A stretch of DNA of 64,000 bases, taken from NCBI GenBank assembly GCA_019649675.1, contig BOWN01000001.1, positions 354,868-418,867 of the forward strand, written 5' to 3'. The stretch is from Cryomorphaceae bacterium (GTDB lineage: Bacteria; Bacteroidota; Bacteroidia; Flavobacteriales; UBA7430). Positions 29,535 through 39,496 of this stretch are shown one piece after another (position 1 is the first letter of the stretch; every line of letters starts with the position of its first letter). Both the position numbers and the translations under genes were made by a program. Under the pieces are notes generated by a model that saw nothing but the letters and a program-made list of their open reading frames with translations, searched no databases and was not told the origin of the DNA.

Positions 29535-30275
29535 ATGGCGCTCCAAGAAGAACTTATCGAACAAGGAAACAAATTATTCAAACACAGATCTAACCTTCCT
29601 GTTCCGTTTGCGGTTTTGGGGTTAATAATTTATCTCTACAACATACATTTTTTGGATAAAGAAATTCATTCAATTTCTTTCGAGATTGGTTGTTTATCAA
29701 TTGGTTTACTGGGGCAATTAATTAGAGGAATTACTTTAGGATATACCCCAAAAGGGACCTCGGGTAGGAATACCCGAAGACAAGTTGCAGATGAACTAAA
29801 TACTAAAGGGATGTATAGCCTTGTGCGAAACCCATTATATTTGGGTAATTTTTTTATGTGGTTTGCAATCGTATTATTTATCAATATACATTGGTTTAGT
29901 ATTTTATATATAATGTGTTTTTGGATATACTATGAACGTATTATTTTCGCAGAAGAAAATTTCTTACGGAATAAATATGGTCAAACCTACACTGAATGGA
30001 CTGAAAAAACACCTATCTTTATTCCTCGACTAAAGGGCTGGAAACAACCTAATCTTGCCTTTTCAATTAAAAATATTCTCAAAAGAGAATACAACGGGTT
30101 TTTTGCGCTCTTCTTTACTTTTGGACTCTTTGACTTATCAGAAAACTTCATTCGATACGATAAGTTATATCTTGATGAATTCTGGGCTTACTCTTTATGT
30201 ATTTCTGGAACCATCTTCCTGGTATTAATGACTTTAAAAAAGAAAACAAAAATTCTAACTGTAAAAGGAAGATAA
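29535..30275 (+). CDS. membrane methyltransferase of the ICMT/PEMT-like family
   Basis: Polytopic membrane protein with GMYSLVRNPLYLGNFFMW, resembling the isoprenylcysteine carboxyl / phospholipid methyltransferase family. First ATG at 29535 inside ORF 29490..30275. Confidence 0.6.
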   Translation: MALQEELIEQGNKLFKHRSNLPVPFAVLGLIIYLYNIHFLDKEIHSISFEIGCLSIGLLGQLIRGITLGYTPKGTSGRNTRRQVADELNTKGMYSLVRNPLYLGNFFMWFAIVLFINIHWFSILYIMCFWIYYERIIFAEENFLRNKYGQTYTEWTEKTPIFIPRLKGWKQPNLAFSIKNILKREYNGFFALFFTFGLFDLSENFIRYDKLYLDEFWAYSLCISGTIFLVLMTLKKKTKILTVKGR

Positions 30276-30494
30276 TTTATAATGACCATTGAAATCGATA
30301 AAAAGAGGCTTTAGAATAAAAAAAATCTCTTTTTTGAAAACATTGAAATGTAGTACCCAGGATTGGTTGTCAATACAATTGAAACTGATTAAATTGTCCA
30401 ACAATAAATTATTAAGCATCTTTTCTCCCAATCAAACAACTTTAAAAACATTATATATGTTGTAAAAACATAAAGGATATAATACAAGTATTCT

Positions 30495-31472
30495 TTATTC
30501 TTTATCAATCCTATTAGCAAAATCACGATGTGCCTTGATAAGCACTTGAGGATTATCAATACTGCTAGCATGTCCTGCATTTGGAATCTCAACATAATCT
30601 ACATCGGAAACAAAAGATGCTAACCTTTTTACTGTTGAAGGGCGAGCCTCATCATACTCTCCAGTAGTAAAGAGAACAGGAACAAGTATTTTACTTAAAG
30701 CTTGATGAATATCATAATTAATTAATGTCCCCGTAGGACTAAATTCACTTGGTCCCCACATGTAGTTGTATATAAAATTATTACCTCTGACATCCATATT
30801 CCGGAATGAATTATCAAACAACTCATAACCGGGAATACTGTCCCAATTTACATCAATTGATCTAATCATAAAATTTTGATAAAAAACTCTCATTGCATTC
30901 TGATAAGTTCTAGTGTTAAATACATTTATTTTTTCAGCTATTTCAATGTGCTGTTGAGTAGTATCCGGTAATTGAGTAATAAGAGTATCACAATCAGCCA
31001 CCCAAATAGAAGTTGAGAAGTAAGGACTATTAAACACAATTCCTTTTACGCCCTTAGGATATTTAAGATAATATTCTAACGCCAATGCCGTTCCCCATGA
31101 ATGTCCAGTTAGATAAAATTCATTTAAATTCAATTTATCAGTTAATGCTTTTACCTGATCAACAAAATTTTCAACTTTAAGAAGTGAAGTATCTTCATGG
31201 TATGTTGACAACCCACTTCCAAGCTGATCCATTAAAATAATAGGTCGATTCTCCGAGATAGCATTCAAATAAGCCCCTCCTTTGCTCTTTCCTCCTGGCC
31301 CACCATGTAGATAAAGATATGGTGGCTTATCTCCTTCGCCTAATATACCATACCATATTTCACCTCCCTTAACATCAACATAACCAAATCCACTATTTAA
31401 ATATGGATTGGAATTTTTTGAGGACCCACAACTAATTATAATAAGAATGAAGAAGAAAATTAATCTCAACAC
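30495..31472 (-). CDS. S33-family alpha/beta hydrolase (proline iminopeptidase-like), lipoprotein
   Basis: 325 aa. Oxyanion motif LHGGPGG, nucleophile GHSWG, lipobox-like IISCGSS. Confidence 0.8.
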   Translation of the reverse strand: MLRLIFFFILIIISCGSSKNSNPYLNSGFGYVDVKGGEIWYGILGEGDKPPYLYLHGGPGGKSKGGAYLNAISENRPIILMDQLGSGLSTYHEDTSLLKVENFVDQVKALTDKLNLNEFYLTGHSWGTALALEYYLKYPKGVKGIVFNSPYFSTSIWVADCDTLITQLPDTTQQHIEIAEKINVFNTRTYQNAMRVFYQNFMIRSIDVNWDSIPGYELFDNSFRNMDVRGNNFIYNYMWGPSEFSPTGTLINYDIHQALSKILVPVLFTTGEYDEARPSTVKRLASFVSDVDYVEIPNAGHASSIDNPQVLIKAHRDFANRIDKE

Positions 31473-31494
31473 AATGTTTAATTAACGTAAAAAA

Positions 31495-31502
31495 CAAATA
31501 TA
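31495..31502 (-). promoter_or_regulatory. -7 box (TAnnTTTG on minus strand) for the S33 hydrolase gene
   Basis: Plus-strand CAAATATA is TATATTTG on the minus strand, 23 nt upstream of the start at 31472. Confidence 0.4.
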
Positions 31503-31828
31503 GTATTTAAGTGTTTCATCAACAACTTGGTTTACTATTTTACTGAATATAAAAGATTTCAAAAAGAGTATTTTGTAGGCTAACATAAAATTCAAAAAAG
31601 TGAATTCTTAAACAAAAATAAACCTTAAATGACTAAAATAAAGTTCTTATTGGTTAAAAAAAGGAAAAAGTTATAAAAAAGATATTTTCAATATGTTATC
31701 AATTTTGAACTCAATTTAAAGCATGTATTCTGAACAATGTATATCAAATTTTCACACAAATGTGTACAATAATTTATTATTAATATGAATCTAACTGACA
31801 TATAAAACTATTCATAATCTAAAAATTG

Positions 31829-31836
31829 TATTTTTG
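31829..31836 (+). promoter_or_regulatory. -7 box (TAnnTTTG) upstream of the dCMP deaminase gene
   Basis: TATTTTTG lies 29 nt upstream of the GTG start at 31865, at the end of a 390-bp AT-rich intergenic region. Confidence 0.4.
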
Positions 31837-31864
31837 AAAAAAATGATTTTAGCAATTACGAAAA

Positions 31865-32308
31865 GTGAATCAAGACAAGCAGTTAAAATATGATAAAGCC
31901 TACTTAAAAATGGCTGCAGAATGGGCTAAACTATCCTATTGTGAACGTAAACAAGTAGGTGCACTAATCGTCAAAAATCGCATGATTATTTCTGATGGTT
32001 ACAATGGGACACCCTCAGGTTTTGAAAATGTTTGCGAAACCGACTCTGGGCAAACAAAATGGTACGTATTACACGCAGAAGCAAATGCAATTCTTAAAGT
32101 TGCCCGATCAACTCAAAGTACTGAAGGAGCTACTTTATACCAAACACTCTCGCCATGTAAAGACTGTAGTAAATTGATCTATCAATCGGGTATAAAAAGA
32201 GTAGTATTTAGCAACAAATATAAAGATACAGAAGGCATCGAATTTTTAACGAAAGCTGGTGTAGAAATTTCTCATATTCCAATTGAAAAAAATACTGATG
32301 CAGAATAA
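31865..32308 (+). CDS. deoxycytidylate (dCMP) deaminase
   Basis: 147 aa. Zinc motifs HAEANAI and PCKDCSKLI. Confidence 0.85.
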   Translation: MNQDKQLKYDKAYLKMAAEWAKLSYCERKQVGALIVKNRMIISDGYNGTPSGFENVCETDSGQTKWYVLHAEANAILKVARSTQSTEGATLYQTLSPCKDCSKLIYQSGIKRVVFSNKYKDTEGIEFLTKAGVEISHIPIEKNTDAE

Positions 32309-33914
32309 AAAACCATATATCAAAAACCGATTTTTAATCCTTTTTTCGCTTATATTAGGTATCTATATTGGTAAACAAATTAGCGTTCCAAATCAATATA
32401 TTCACATTAGTGACAATGCCTCCGGTAAATTCCCGAAGCTTTTAGAACTTCTCAACTATCTAGAATTTAATTATGTAGACTCAATAAATCTTGACAGTCT
32501 TCAAGAAGAAGTAATTGCTTCTACTTTAGAAAGTCTTGATCCACATTCAAGTTATATACCAATTGATGAACTTCAAGACATTACTGAAAGTATGCAAGGT
32601 AATTTTGAAGGAATTGGCGTGCAATTTCAAATTATTAAAGACACCATTGTTGTAATTAGCCCTATCTCTGGAGGTCCTTCTCAAAAAAAAGGAATTCAAG
32701 CAGGTGATAAAATTATTAAAGTCGATAGCATGAATGTTGCTGGCGTAGGCTTTACCAATAAAGATGTTTTAAAAACACTTAAAGGCGACAAAGGGACTCA
32801 AGTATTATTATTTATAAAAAGAAAAAATGTAGATCGCTTATTAGAATTTGATATCACACGTGATAAAATCCCTATCACCAGTGTAGATGTTTCCTACATG
32901 GTAAATAATCAAGTCGGCTATATTAAGGTAAACAGATTTTCAGGAACAACAGAAGAAGAATTTATTTCAGCATTGAACGACTTAAATAGTAAGGGTATGA
33001 ATAAACTTATACTCGACTTACGTTCAAACCCAGGTGGGTATCTATCTGCAGCTATCAACATGGTAGATGAATTCCTACCTAAAGGAAAAACTATTGTTTA
33101 CACAGAAGGCGCCTTCCGAAATAAACAGATTTATAAATCGTCAAACTACGGTAGATTTAAAAAAGAAAAACTCATCGTGTTGATTGATGAAGGATCAGCC
33201 TCAGCAAGTGAAATTGTTGCAGGCGCTATTCAAGACCATGACAGAGGAGCAATTATAGGGCGAAGAACTTTTGGCAAAGGGCTAGTTCAGGAACAAAACC
33301 AAATGAGCGATGGAGCGGCATTTCGTTTAACAACTGCCAGATATTATACACCTTCAGGAAGATGTATTCAAAAACCATATACAAAAAACTCTGATGATTA
33401 CCATAAAGAATCATTAGAGCGCTATTCGAATGGTGAACTTTATCACAAAGACAGTATTAAAATTGATAATTCACTCAAATTTTACACCCATGAAGGCCGA
33501 GAAGTATATGGTGGGGGCGGTATTTCTCCAGACTATTTTATTCCACTCGACACAACAGGTCGATCTGACTGGCTTTTTAATGTCTTAGCTGAAAATATGA
33601 TTAACACCTTTATATTTGACTACGTAGATTTGCACAGAAAAGAGCTGAGCAAGTATTCATCTGCAGCTGAATTTGACGATAAATTTAAAATAAACGAACG
33701 CATCTTTAACAACTTTGTTGAATTAACAAAAAAACAAGGAATTAATGGTTCAGCATCTGAAATAGAAATATCAAAAGACTGGATTAATATGCGTATAAAA
33801 GCTCTTATTGCCAGACAACTATGGAACGATGAAGGTTTTTACAGAGCTATAAATAATCATGATCGTATGATAGTAAAAGCTCTAGACTTATTTAATAATA
33901 AAACACAATACTAG
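32298..33914 (+). CDS. S41-family C-terminal processing (tail-specific) peptidase
   Basis: PDZ segment (GIQAGDKIIKVD), catalytic region IDEGSASASEI ... TFGKGLVQ. ATG at 32298 (the ORF track starts at TTG 32283) overlaps the upstream stop. Confidence 0.85.
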   Translation: MQNKKPYIKNRFLILFSLILGIYIGKQISVPNQYIHISDNASGKFPKLLELLNYLEFNYVDSINLDSLQEEVIASTLESLDPHSSYIPIDELQDITESMQGNFEGIGVQFQIIKDTIVVISPISGGPSQKKGIQAGDKIIKVDSMNVAGVGFTNKDVLKTLKGDKGTQVLLFIKRKNVDRLLEFDITRDKIPITSVDVSYMVNNQVGYIKVNRFSGTTEEEFISALNDLNSKGMNKLILDLRSNPGGYLSAAINMVDEFLPKGKTIVYTEGAFRNKQIYKSSNYGRFKKEKLIVLIDEGSASASEIVAGAIQDHDRGAIIGRRTFGKGLVQEQNQMSDGAAFRLTTARYYTPSGRCIQKPYTKNSDDYHKESLERYSNGELYHKDSIKIDNSLKFYTHEGREVYGGGGISPDYFIPLDTTGRSDWLFNVLAENMINTFIFDYVDLHRKELSKYSSAAEFDDKFKINERIFNNFVELTKKQGINGSASEIEISKDWINMRIKALIARQLWNDEGFYRAINNHDRMIVKALDLFNNKTQY

Positions 33915-34160
33915 TTAGCTTAATCGCTTCTCCATGCAACCACAAAAATGTTAACTTACTAACAACCTAATTAGTAACTTATATTTTGACTGTATTTAGC
34001 AAGTGCATCACATTTAAATAAAGATTAATACATCCTTCAACTAAAAATAAAGTACGAACTAATCAATAAAAATTTAATCATAAAATAACATTAGCTATTG
34101 CTTCATGTAAAAAAAGCCATTCTCTAAGATCACTTTCTTGCTTTTAATACTATATTAAAT

Positions 34161-34637
34161 CTAAAAAAGACTCTTTTTTTCTCTGATAATATCTTCATAA
34201 CCCACATCAAAAAGAAGGTTCTCCTTCTGATACGCACTAACTGCTAGTGCATCACATCTTTCATTCTCGGGGTGATTATTGTGTCCTTTCACCCATTCAA
34301 ATTTAACCTTGTGCTTAGGATAAATTTTCAAAAAACGTTTCCACAGATCTGAATTCTTCTTTCCTTTAAATCCTTTTTTTACCCAGTTAAACACCCACCC
34401 CTTATCAACAGAATCAACCACATATTTAGAATCTGATGTCACCAAAACATCAGAACCGTCGCTTTTAATTTGCTCTAAAGCAACAATAACAGCTAACAAC
34501 TCCATTCTATTATTTGTAGTGAGTCGATAGCCTTTAGCAAGTTCTTTACGATGCTTTCCTGCAATCATCACTATCCCATAACCTCCAGGCCCAGGATTTC
34601 CACTCGCAGCACCATCTGTATAAATATAAATTTTCAT
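34161..34637 (-). CDS. rnhA: ribonuclease HI
   Basis: 158 aa. IYTDGAASGNPGPGGYG, TNNRMEL, WVKGHNNHPENERCD. Confidence 0.9.
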   Translation of the reverse strand: MKIYIYTDGAASGNPGPGGYGIVMIAGKHRKELAKGYRLTTNNRMELLAVIVALEQIKSDGSDVLVTSDSKYVVDSVDKGWVFNWVKKGFKGKKNSDLWKRFLKIYPKHKVKFEWVKGHNNHPENERCDALAVSAYQKENLLFDVGYEDIIREKKSLF

Positions 34638-35197
34638 GGAATAATAGATTCTATAACGTTAGGGAAATGGCATAATTCTAATGCCTGCACCTTCCTCTTA
34701 ACATCCTCTGGTAAATCGTGCTTGTCTATATCGCATTTTGCCTGAAAAATAATGTCACCCTCATCATAATTTTCATTGACATAATGAATTGTAATTCCCG
34801 ATTTTTGCTCATTATTTTCTACTACAGCTTTGTGAACATTCATTCCATACATACCTTTCCCACCAAACTTAGGTAAAAGAGCAGGATGAATATTTAATAT
34901 AGAATTTGGATAAGCTTTGATCATGCATAATGGTATTTTAAGCAAAAACCCTGCTAAAACTATCATGTTTGCATTGTAATCTTTTAACACTTTATGCACC
35001 TTAGAGCACTCATTAAGGTCGTTTTTGGTAAAAATAAAAGTTGGAACATTGTGGGATTGAGCACGGATTAAAACTCCTGAACTCGCCTTATTTGAGAGAA
35101 CTAAAACAACTTTAACGTTTTCTTTTTCAGAAAAATAACGAATAATGTTTTCTGCATTTGAACCTGAACCTGAAGCGAAAATTGCAATTCTTGTCAT
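34634..35197 (-). CDS. purN: phosphoribosylglycinamide formyltransferase
   Basis: 187 aa. IFASGSGSNAENI, NIHPALLPKFGGKGMYG. Its stop overlaps the rnhA ATG (ATGA). Confidence 0.9.
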   Translation of the reverse strand: MTRIAIFASGSGSNAENIIRYFSEKENVKVVLVLSNKASSGVLIRAQSHNVPTFIFTKNDLNECSKVHKVLKDYNANMIVLAGFLLKIPLCMIKAYPNSILNIHPALLPKFGGKGMYGMNVHKAVVENNEQKSGITIHYVNENYDEGDIIFQAKCDIDKHDLPEDVKRKVQALELCHFPNVIESIIP

Positions 35198-35326
35198 AAA
35201 ACAAAAGTAATTAAGATTTAAATAACTGTGCTAAAGAGTAATACTTAATTTCAAGATTGAAAAATTTGGCTATTTTTAAGTTTATATCTTTCTTTGCATG
35301 AAAATATTAACCAAAATTTAAAAAAC

Positions 35327-35557
35327 ATGTCTGACGTAGCATCTAAAGTAAAAGCTATAATAGTTGATAAACTAGGAGTTGATGAAAGTGAAGTAACAAA
35401 TGAAGCAAGCTTCACTAACGACCTAGGAGCTGACTCATTGGATACCGTGGAATTAATTATGGAATTCGAAAAAGAATTCGATATTCAAATACCAGATGAC
35501 CAAGCAGAATCTATTGCAACTGTAGGTTCGGCAATTGAGTACATCGAAAAAGCCTAA
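35327..35557 (+). CDS. acpP: acyl carrier protein
   Basis: 77 aa from ATG 35327. Phosphopantetheine site [16 protein letters not shown]. Confidence 0.95.
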   Translation: MSDVASKVKAIIVDKLGVDESEVTNEASFTNDLGADSLDTVELIMEFEKEFDIQIPDDQAESIATVGSAIEYIEKA

Positions 35558-35568
35558 ATAAATTTATA

Positions 35569-36825
35569 ATGATGCAACTGAAAAGAGTTGTTGTAACTGG
35601 ATTAGGAGCTTTAACCCCTATAGGAAACAATGTCTCAGAATACTGGGCAAACCTGTTGTGTGGTAAAAGTGGTGCAGCACCTATAAAACAATTCGATGCA
35701 TCAAACTTTAAAACTCAATTCGCTTGTGAGATTAAAAATTTCGATGTATCCGACCATTTAGATCGCAAGGAAGCACGAAAACAAGATCCTTACACGCAAT
35801 ATGCAGTTGTAGCCACAGCGGAAGCTATGCAAGATTCTAAAATAAATCTTGACTCTATTAATTTAGATCGCGCTGGCGTCATTTGGGGCTCTGGAATTGG
35901 AGGTATCAAAACTTTCTATGATGAGGTCTCAACTTTTGCTAAAGGTGATGGAACTCCAAGATTTAACCCCTTTTTTATACCTAAAATGATCTCTGACATT
36001 GCTGCTGGAATTATTTCCATAAAATATGGGTTTAGAGGTCCTAATTTTACTACTGTTTCTGCTTGTGCGTCTTCATCAAATGCAATTATAGACTCCTTTA
36101 ATTACATACGTCTAGGAAAAGCAGACATTATAATTACTGGAGGATCAGAAGCATCAGTTAACGAAGCAGGTGTAGGTGGTTTTAATGCTATTAAAGCACT
36201 TTCTACTCGTAATGAAAGTCCCGAGAAAGCTTCCAGACCCTTTGACAAAGATCGTGATGGCTTTGTGTTGGGTGAAGGTGCGGGAACTTTAATTTTAGAA
36301 GAATATGAGCATGCAATAAAAAGAGGTGCTAAAATTTATGCTGAAGTAATAGGAGGTGGTCTATCTGCTGATGCACATCATATTACAGCGCCTCATCCAG
36401 ATGGTCTAGGGGCAAAAAAAGTAATGCAAAATGCATTAGAAGATGCCTTAATGAAACCAGATGAGATTGACTACATCAATGTTCACGGTACTTCAACACC
36501 ACTTGGCGATATTTCTGAAGTTAAAGCAATCAAAGAAGTGTATGGGAAACACGCCTACAATTTAAACATTAGTTCCACCAAATCGATGACAGGACATCTT
36601 TTAGGTGCAGCTGGTGCTGTAGAGGCAATTGCTTCTATATTAGCCCTTCAAAAAAATATAGTTCCACCTACCATCAACAATGAAAATTTTGATGATCAAT
36701 TAGATGCAAAATTGAACTTTACACTAAATAAAGCTGAAAAAAGAAATGTAAATGCCGTTATGAGCAATACATTTGGTTTTGGAGGGCATAATGCATCTAT
36801 CATTTTAAAAGCCTACTCCAACTAA
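35569..36825 (+). CDS. fabF: beta-ketoacyl-ACP synthase II
   Basis: 418 aa. Active-site SACASSSNAI, HGTSTPLGD, FGFGGHNASI. Confidence 0.95.
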   Translation: MMQLKRVVVTGLGALTPIGNNVSEYWANLLCGKSGAAPIKQFDASNFKTQFACEIKNFDVSDHLDRKEARKQDPYTQYAVVATAEAMQDSKINLDSINLDRAGVIWGSGIGGIKTFYDEVSTFAKGDGTPRFNPFFIPKMISDIAAGIISIKYGFRGPNFTTVSACASSSNAIIDSFNYIRLGKADIIITGGSEASVNEAGVGGFNAIKALSTRNESPEKASRPFDKDRDGFVLGEGAGTLILEEYEHAIKRGAKIYAEVIGGGLSADAHHITAPHPDGLGAKKVMQNALEDALMKPDEIDYINVHGTSTPLGDISEVKAIKEVYGKHAYNLNISSTKSMTGHLLGAAGAVEAIASILALQKNIVPPTINNENFDDQLDAKLNFTLNKAEKRNVNAVMSNTFGFGGHNASIILKAYSN

Positions 36826-37523
36826 TGTTAAAATGGCTTAAGGAGCTTTCTAGAGCAAAAAGCACCTTCTCTGATGAACTCTATTCAATTTTAGGCTTCA
36901 TTCCAAATAAAATTGAATTATATCATCAGGCATTCTGTCATAGTTCTATTGAGCATCAGAAATACGGCAATAATGAACGTCTCGAATTCTTGGGCGATGC
37001 TATTTTTAATGCTGTAATTACTGAGTATTTATATCAAAAAATGCAACAAAAGGATGAGGGTACCTTAACAGATTTTCGGTCTAAAATGGTAAGTAGAAAA
37101 ACACTAAACCTTTTAGCAAAAAAAATTAAGATCGATAAAATGGTTCGAACTAATCTAGGAGACAAAATACCTTCATCAGTTTACGGAAATGCCTTCGAAG
37201 CACTTATTGCTGCAATATATCTAGATAAAGGATCTGTATTTTGTAACAAATTCATTATCAAAAGAATAATTGAACCATACTTCTCTCTAAATGAATTAGA
37301 AACAGAAATCAGTAGCTATAAAAAGTACTTTATACATTGGGCTCAAAAAAACAACAACAACTATAGCTTTACACTTCTTAGTGAGACCGGAGAAGCACAC
37401 AATAAAAATTTTGAGGTTGGACTCTTCCTAAAGGATGAAATCATAGCAACTGCATTTGCAAGATCTATAAAAAAGGCCGAGGAAGCTTCTGCAAAAAAAG
37501 CTTGTCAAGCACTTAAAATTTAA
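36825..37523 (+). CDS. rnc: ribonuclease III
   Basis: 232 aa. RNase III signature ERLEFLGDA and a C-terminal dsRBD. The start overlaps the fabF stop (TAATG). Confidence 0.9.
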   Translation: MLKWLKELSRAKSTFSDELYSILGFIPNKIELYHQAFCHSSIEHQKYGNNERLEFLGDAIFNAVITEYLYQKMQQKDEGTLTDFRSKMVSRKTLNLLAKKIKIDKMVRTNLGDKIPSSVYGNAFEALIAAIYLDKGSVFCNKFIIKRIIEPYFSLNELETEISSYKKYFIHWAQKNNNNYSFTLLSETGEAHNKNFEVGLFLKDEIIATAFARSIKKAEEASAKKACQALKI

Positions 37524-37580
37524 ATAAATTACAATTACTTTTTTGGCTATATTTGAAATGAACATTGATTATATTAAAAT

Positions 37581-38081
37581 ATGGTGAAAAAAAGTTATAG
37601 TATAAACTTTGAATACGATTATGACTTTATTCTCATTGGAATATGTAGCCCTCTCAAAGACTATCATATGTGTTATAAGATTAACAAAGAACTTGGTACA
37701 TCATTATCTAGAAGTGCGATTGACATAAGTATGGATTTCTTTGAAGGAATTGAAAAAGGGCAATTTTCTTTGTACGAATATTGGGATAAGCAATATGAAA
37801 ATCAATGGTATTTATTATCAAATAAATGTCAATTAATTTGCGACGAACGACTCCAAAATGAAGGAACTATTTTTGACGGAATAATTCAAAATGAAGAAAA
37901 AACAAAATATCTCGTTCCTGAAAATTCAATAGTAGACTTCTACCTACAAGTACATGGAATTCTCAGCGAGAACTCAAAATTAAAAATAATTAAAAAAATA
38001 AGAAAACTCAATCGTGTCGTAAGTGCATATGAAATATGTATCAATAATATCGCTTCGAAAGATAACTTAATTATAAAATGA
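37581..38081 (+). CDS. uncharacterised Bacteroidota protein, IPExxxVDY-family-like
   Basis: 166 aa containing VPENSIVDFYLQV, which fits the IPExxxVDY pattern. I recall this family sitting between rnc and pyk in Bacteroidota. Assignment is from memory. Confidence 0.55.
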   Translation: MVKKSYSINFEYDYDFILIGICSPLKDYHMCYKINKELGTSLSRSAIDISMDFFEGIEKGQFSLYEYWDKQYENQWYLLSNKCQLICDERLQNEGTIFDGIIQNEEKTKYLVPENSIVDFYLQVHGILSENSKLKIIKKIRKLNRVVSAYEICINNIASKDNLIIK

Positions 38082-39496
38082 ATAATACAAAAATCATTGG
38101 AACAATTGGGCCATCCTCTTACAATAAATCCATTTTAAGAAAAATGTTTGCCGAGGGCCTTAACGTAGTTCGTATCAATTTTTCCCATAGTGATCACAAA
38201 AAAGCTCTGCAGATTTATAAATGGGTACAAGAATTAAATGAAGAAGAAAATCGTAATGTCGCAACACTTGGAGATCTACAAGGCCCTAAACTTCGCATTG
38301 GAGATGTTAAAGAAAATCAAACCTTAACAAAAGGTAAAACAATTACAATTACCACAGAGGAATGCTTAGGTGATACATCAAAAATACACATTACTTATCC
38401 TAATTTCCCAAAAGATGTGGAAGTAGGAGATAAAATCATGTTAGATGATGGGAAACTGATCCTTAAAGCTGAAAATTCTAACAAAAAAAATGAAGTTCAG
38501 GCAGTTGTCATTCAAGGCGGTGAATTAAAATCAAAAAAAGGAGTAAACCTCCCTAACACCAAGATATCTTTACCCTGCTTGACAGGTAAAGATCTTATTG
38601 ATTTAGAGTTCGCTTTAGAGACTGGAATCGAATGGATTGGCTTATCTTTCGTAAGGTCTGTAAATGACATAAAAAAATTACAAAAAATCATTTCAGAGAA
38701 AAAATCACCTGCTAAAATAGTCGCAAAAATTGAAAAACCAGAAGCCATTCAACAAATTGACGCAATTATAAAAAAATCTGATGCAATAATGGTGGCCCGT
38801 GGAGATTTGGGTGTTGAAGTTCCGATGGAGCGTGTTCCTAACCTTCAAAAAATGATCACCCGTAAATGTATCAAATATTCAACACCTGTCATTATCGCCA
38901 CACAAATGATGGAGTCAATGATGAAAAGTTTAATCCCAAGTAGAGCTGATGTAAATGATGTTGCCAACGCAGTACACGATCGTGTTGATGGTGTTATGCT
39001 TAGTGGTGAAACTTCTGTTGGCATGTATCCTATTGAAGTGATACGAGCTATGAGTAAAGTATTGAGGAGTCAAGAAAATTATGCAAATCTAGAGATGGAA
39101 GAATTTCTCCCAGTTGAAAAGAATGATGGAAGATATATTTCTGATATAGTTTGCTATAATGCCTGTAAAATTGCAGAGCAAGTAGATGCTAAGGCAGTAA
39201 TGACCATGACCCATTCTGGCTACAATGCTTTTAAAATATCTAGTTTCAGACCGCCTAGCAAAATTTGCATTTTCACCCATAATCGTAAAATCTTAAACAC
39301 GTTAAGTTTACTATGGGGGGTTAGAGGATACTACTACAATAAATTTGAAAGTACAGATGATACAATTACCGATATTAAAAAAATTATCAAAGAAAATAAC
39401 GTAGTACAAAGCGGAGACATGGTTGTAAACATTGCAAGTATGCCAATTACAAATAAAGGCATGACAAACATGTTAAAACTAAGCATGATCGAATAA
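38078..39496 (+). CDS. pyk: pyruvate kinase
   Basis: 472 aa. TIGPSS, NFSHSDH, MVARGDLGVEVP, ATQMMESM. Confidence 0.95.
   Translation: MNNTKIIGTIGPSSYNKSILRKMFAEGLNVVRINFSHSDHKKALQIYKWVQELNEEENRNVATLGDLQGPKLRIGDVKENQTLTKGKTITITTEECLGDTSKIHITYPNFPKDVEVGDKIMLDDGKLILKAENSNKKNEVQAVVIQGGELKSKKGVNLPNTKISLPCLTGKDLIDLEFALETGIEWIGLSFVRSVNDIKKLQKIISEKKSPAKIVAKIEKPEAIQQIDAIIKKSDAIMVARGDLGVEVPMERVPNLQKMITRKCIKYSTPVIIATQMMESMMKSLIPSRADVNDVANAVHDRVDGVMLSGETSVGMYPIEVIRAMSKVLRSQENYANLEMEEFLPVEKNDGRYISDIVCYNACKIAEQVDAKAVMTMTHSGYNAFKISSFRPPSKICIFTHNRKILNTLSLLWGVRGYYYNKFESTDDTITDIKKIIKENNVVQSGDMVVNIASMPITNKGMTNMLKLSMIE

Noticed and set aside
30389-30595. 68-aa minus-strand ORF overlapping the 3' end of the S33 hydrolase gene
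   Set aside because: It is AT-rich and low-complexity, runs out of frame over the end of a well-supported gene and into intergenic DNA, and has no motifs.
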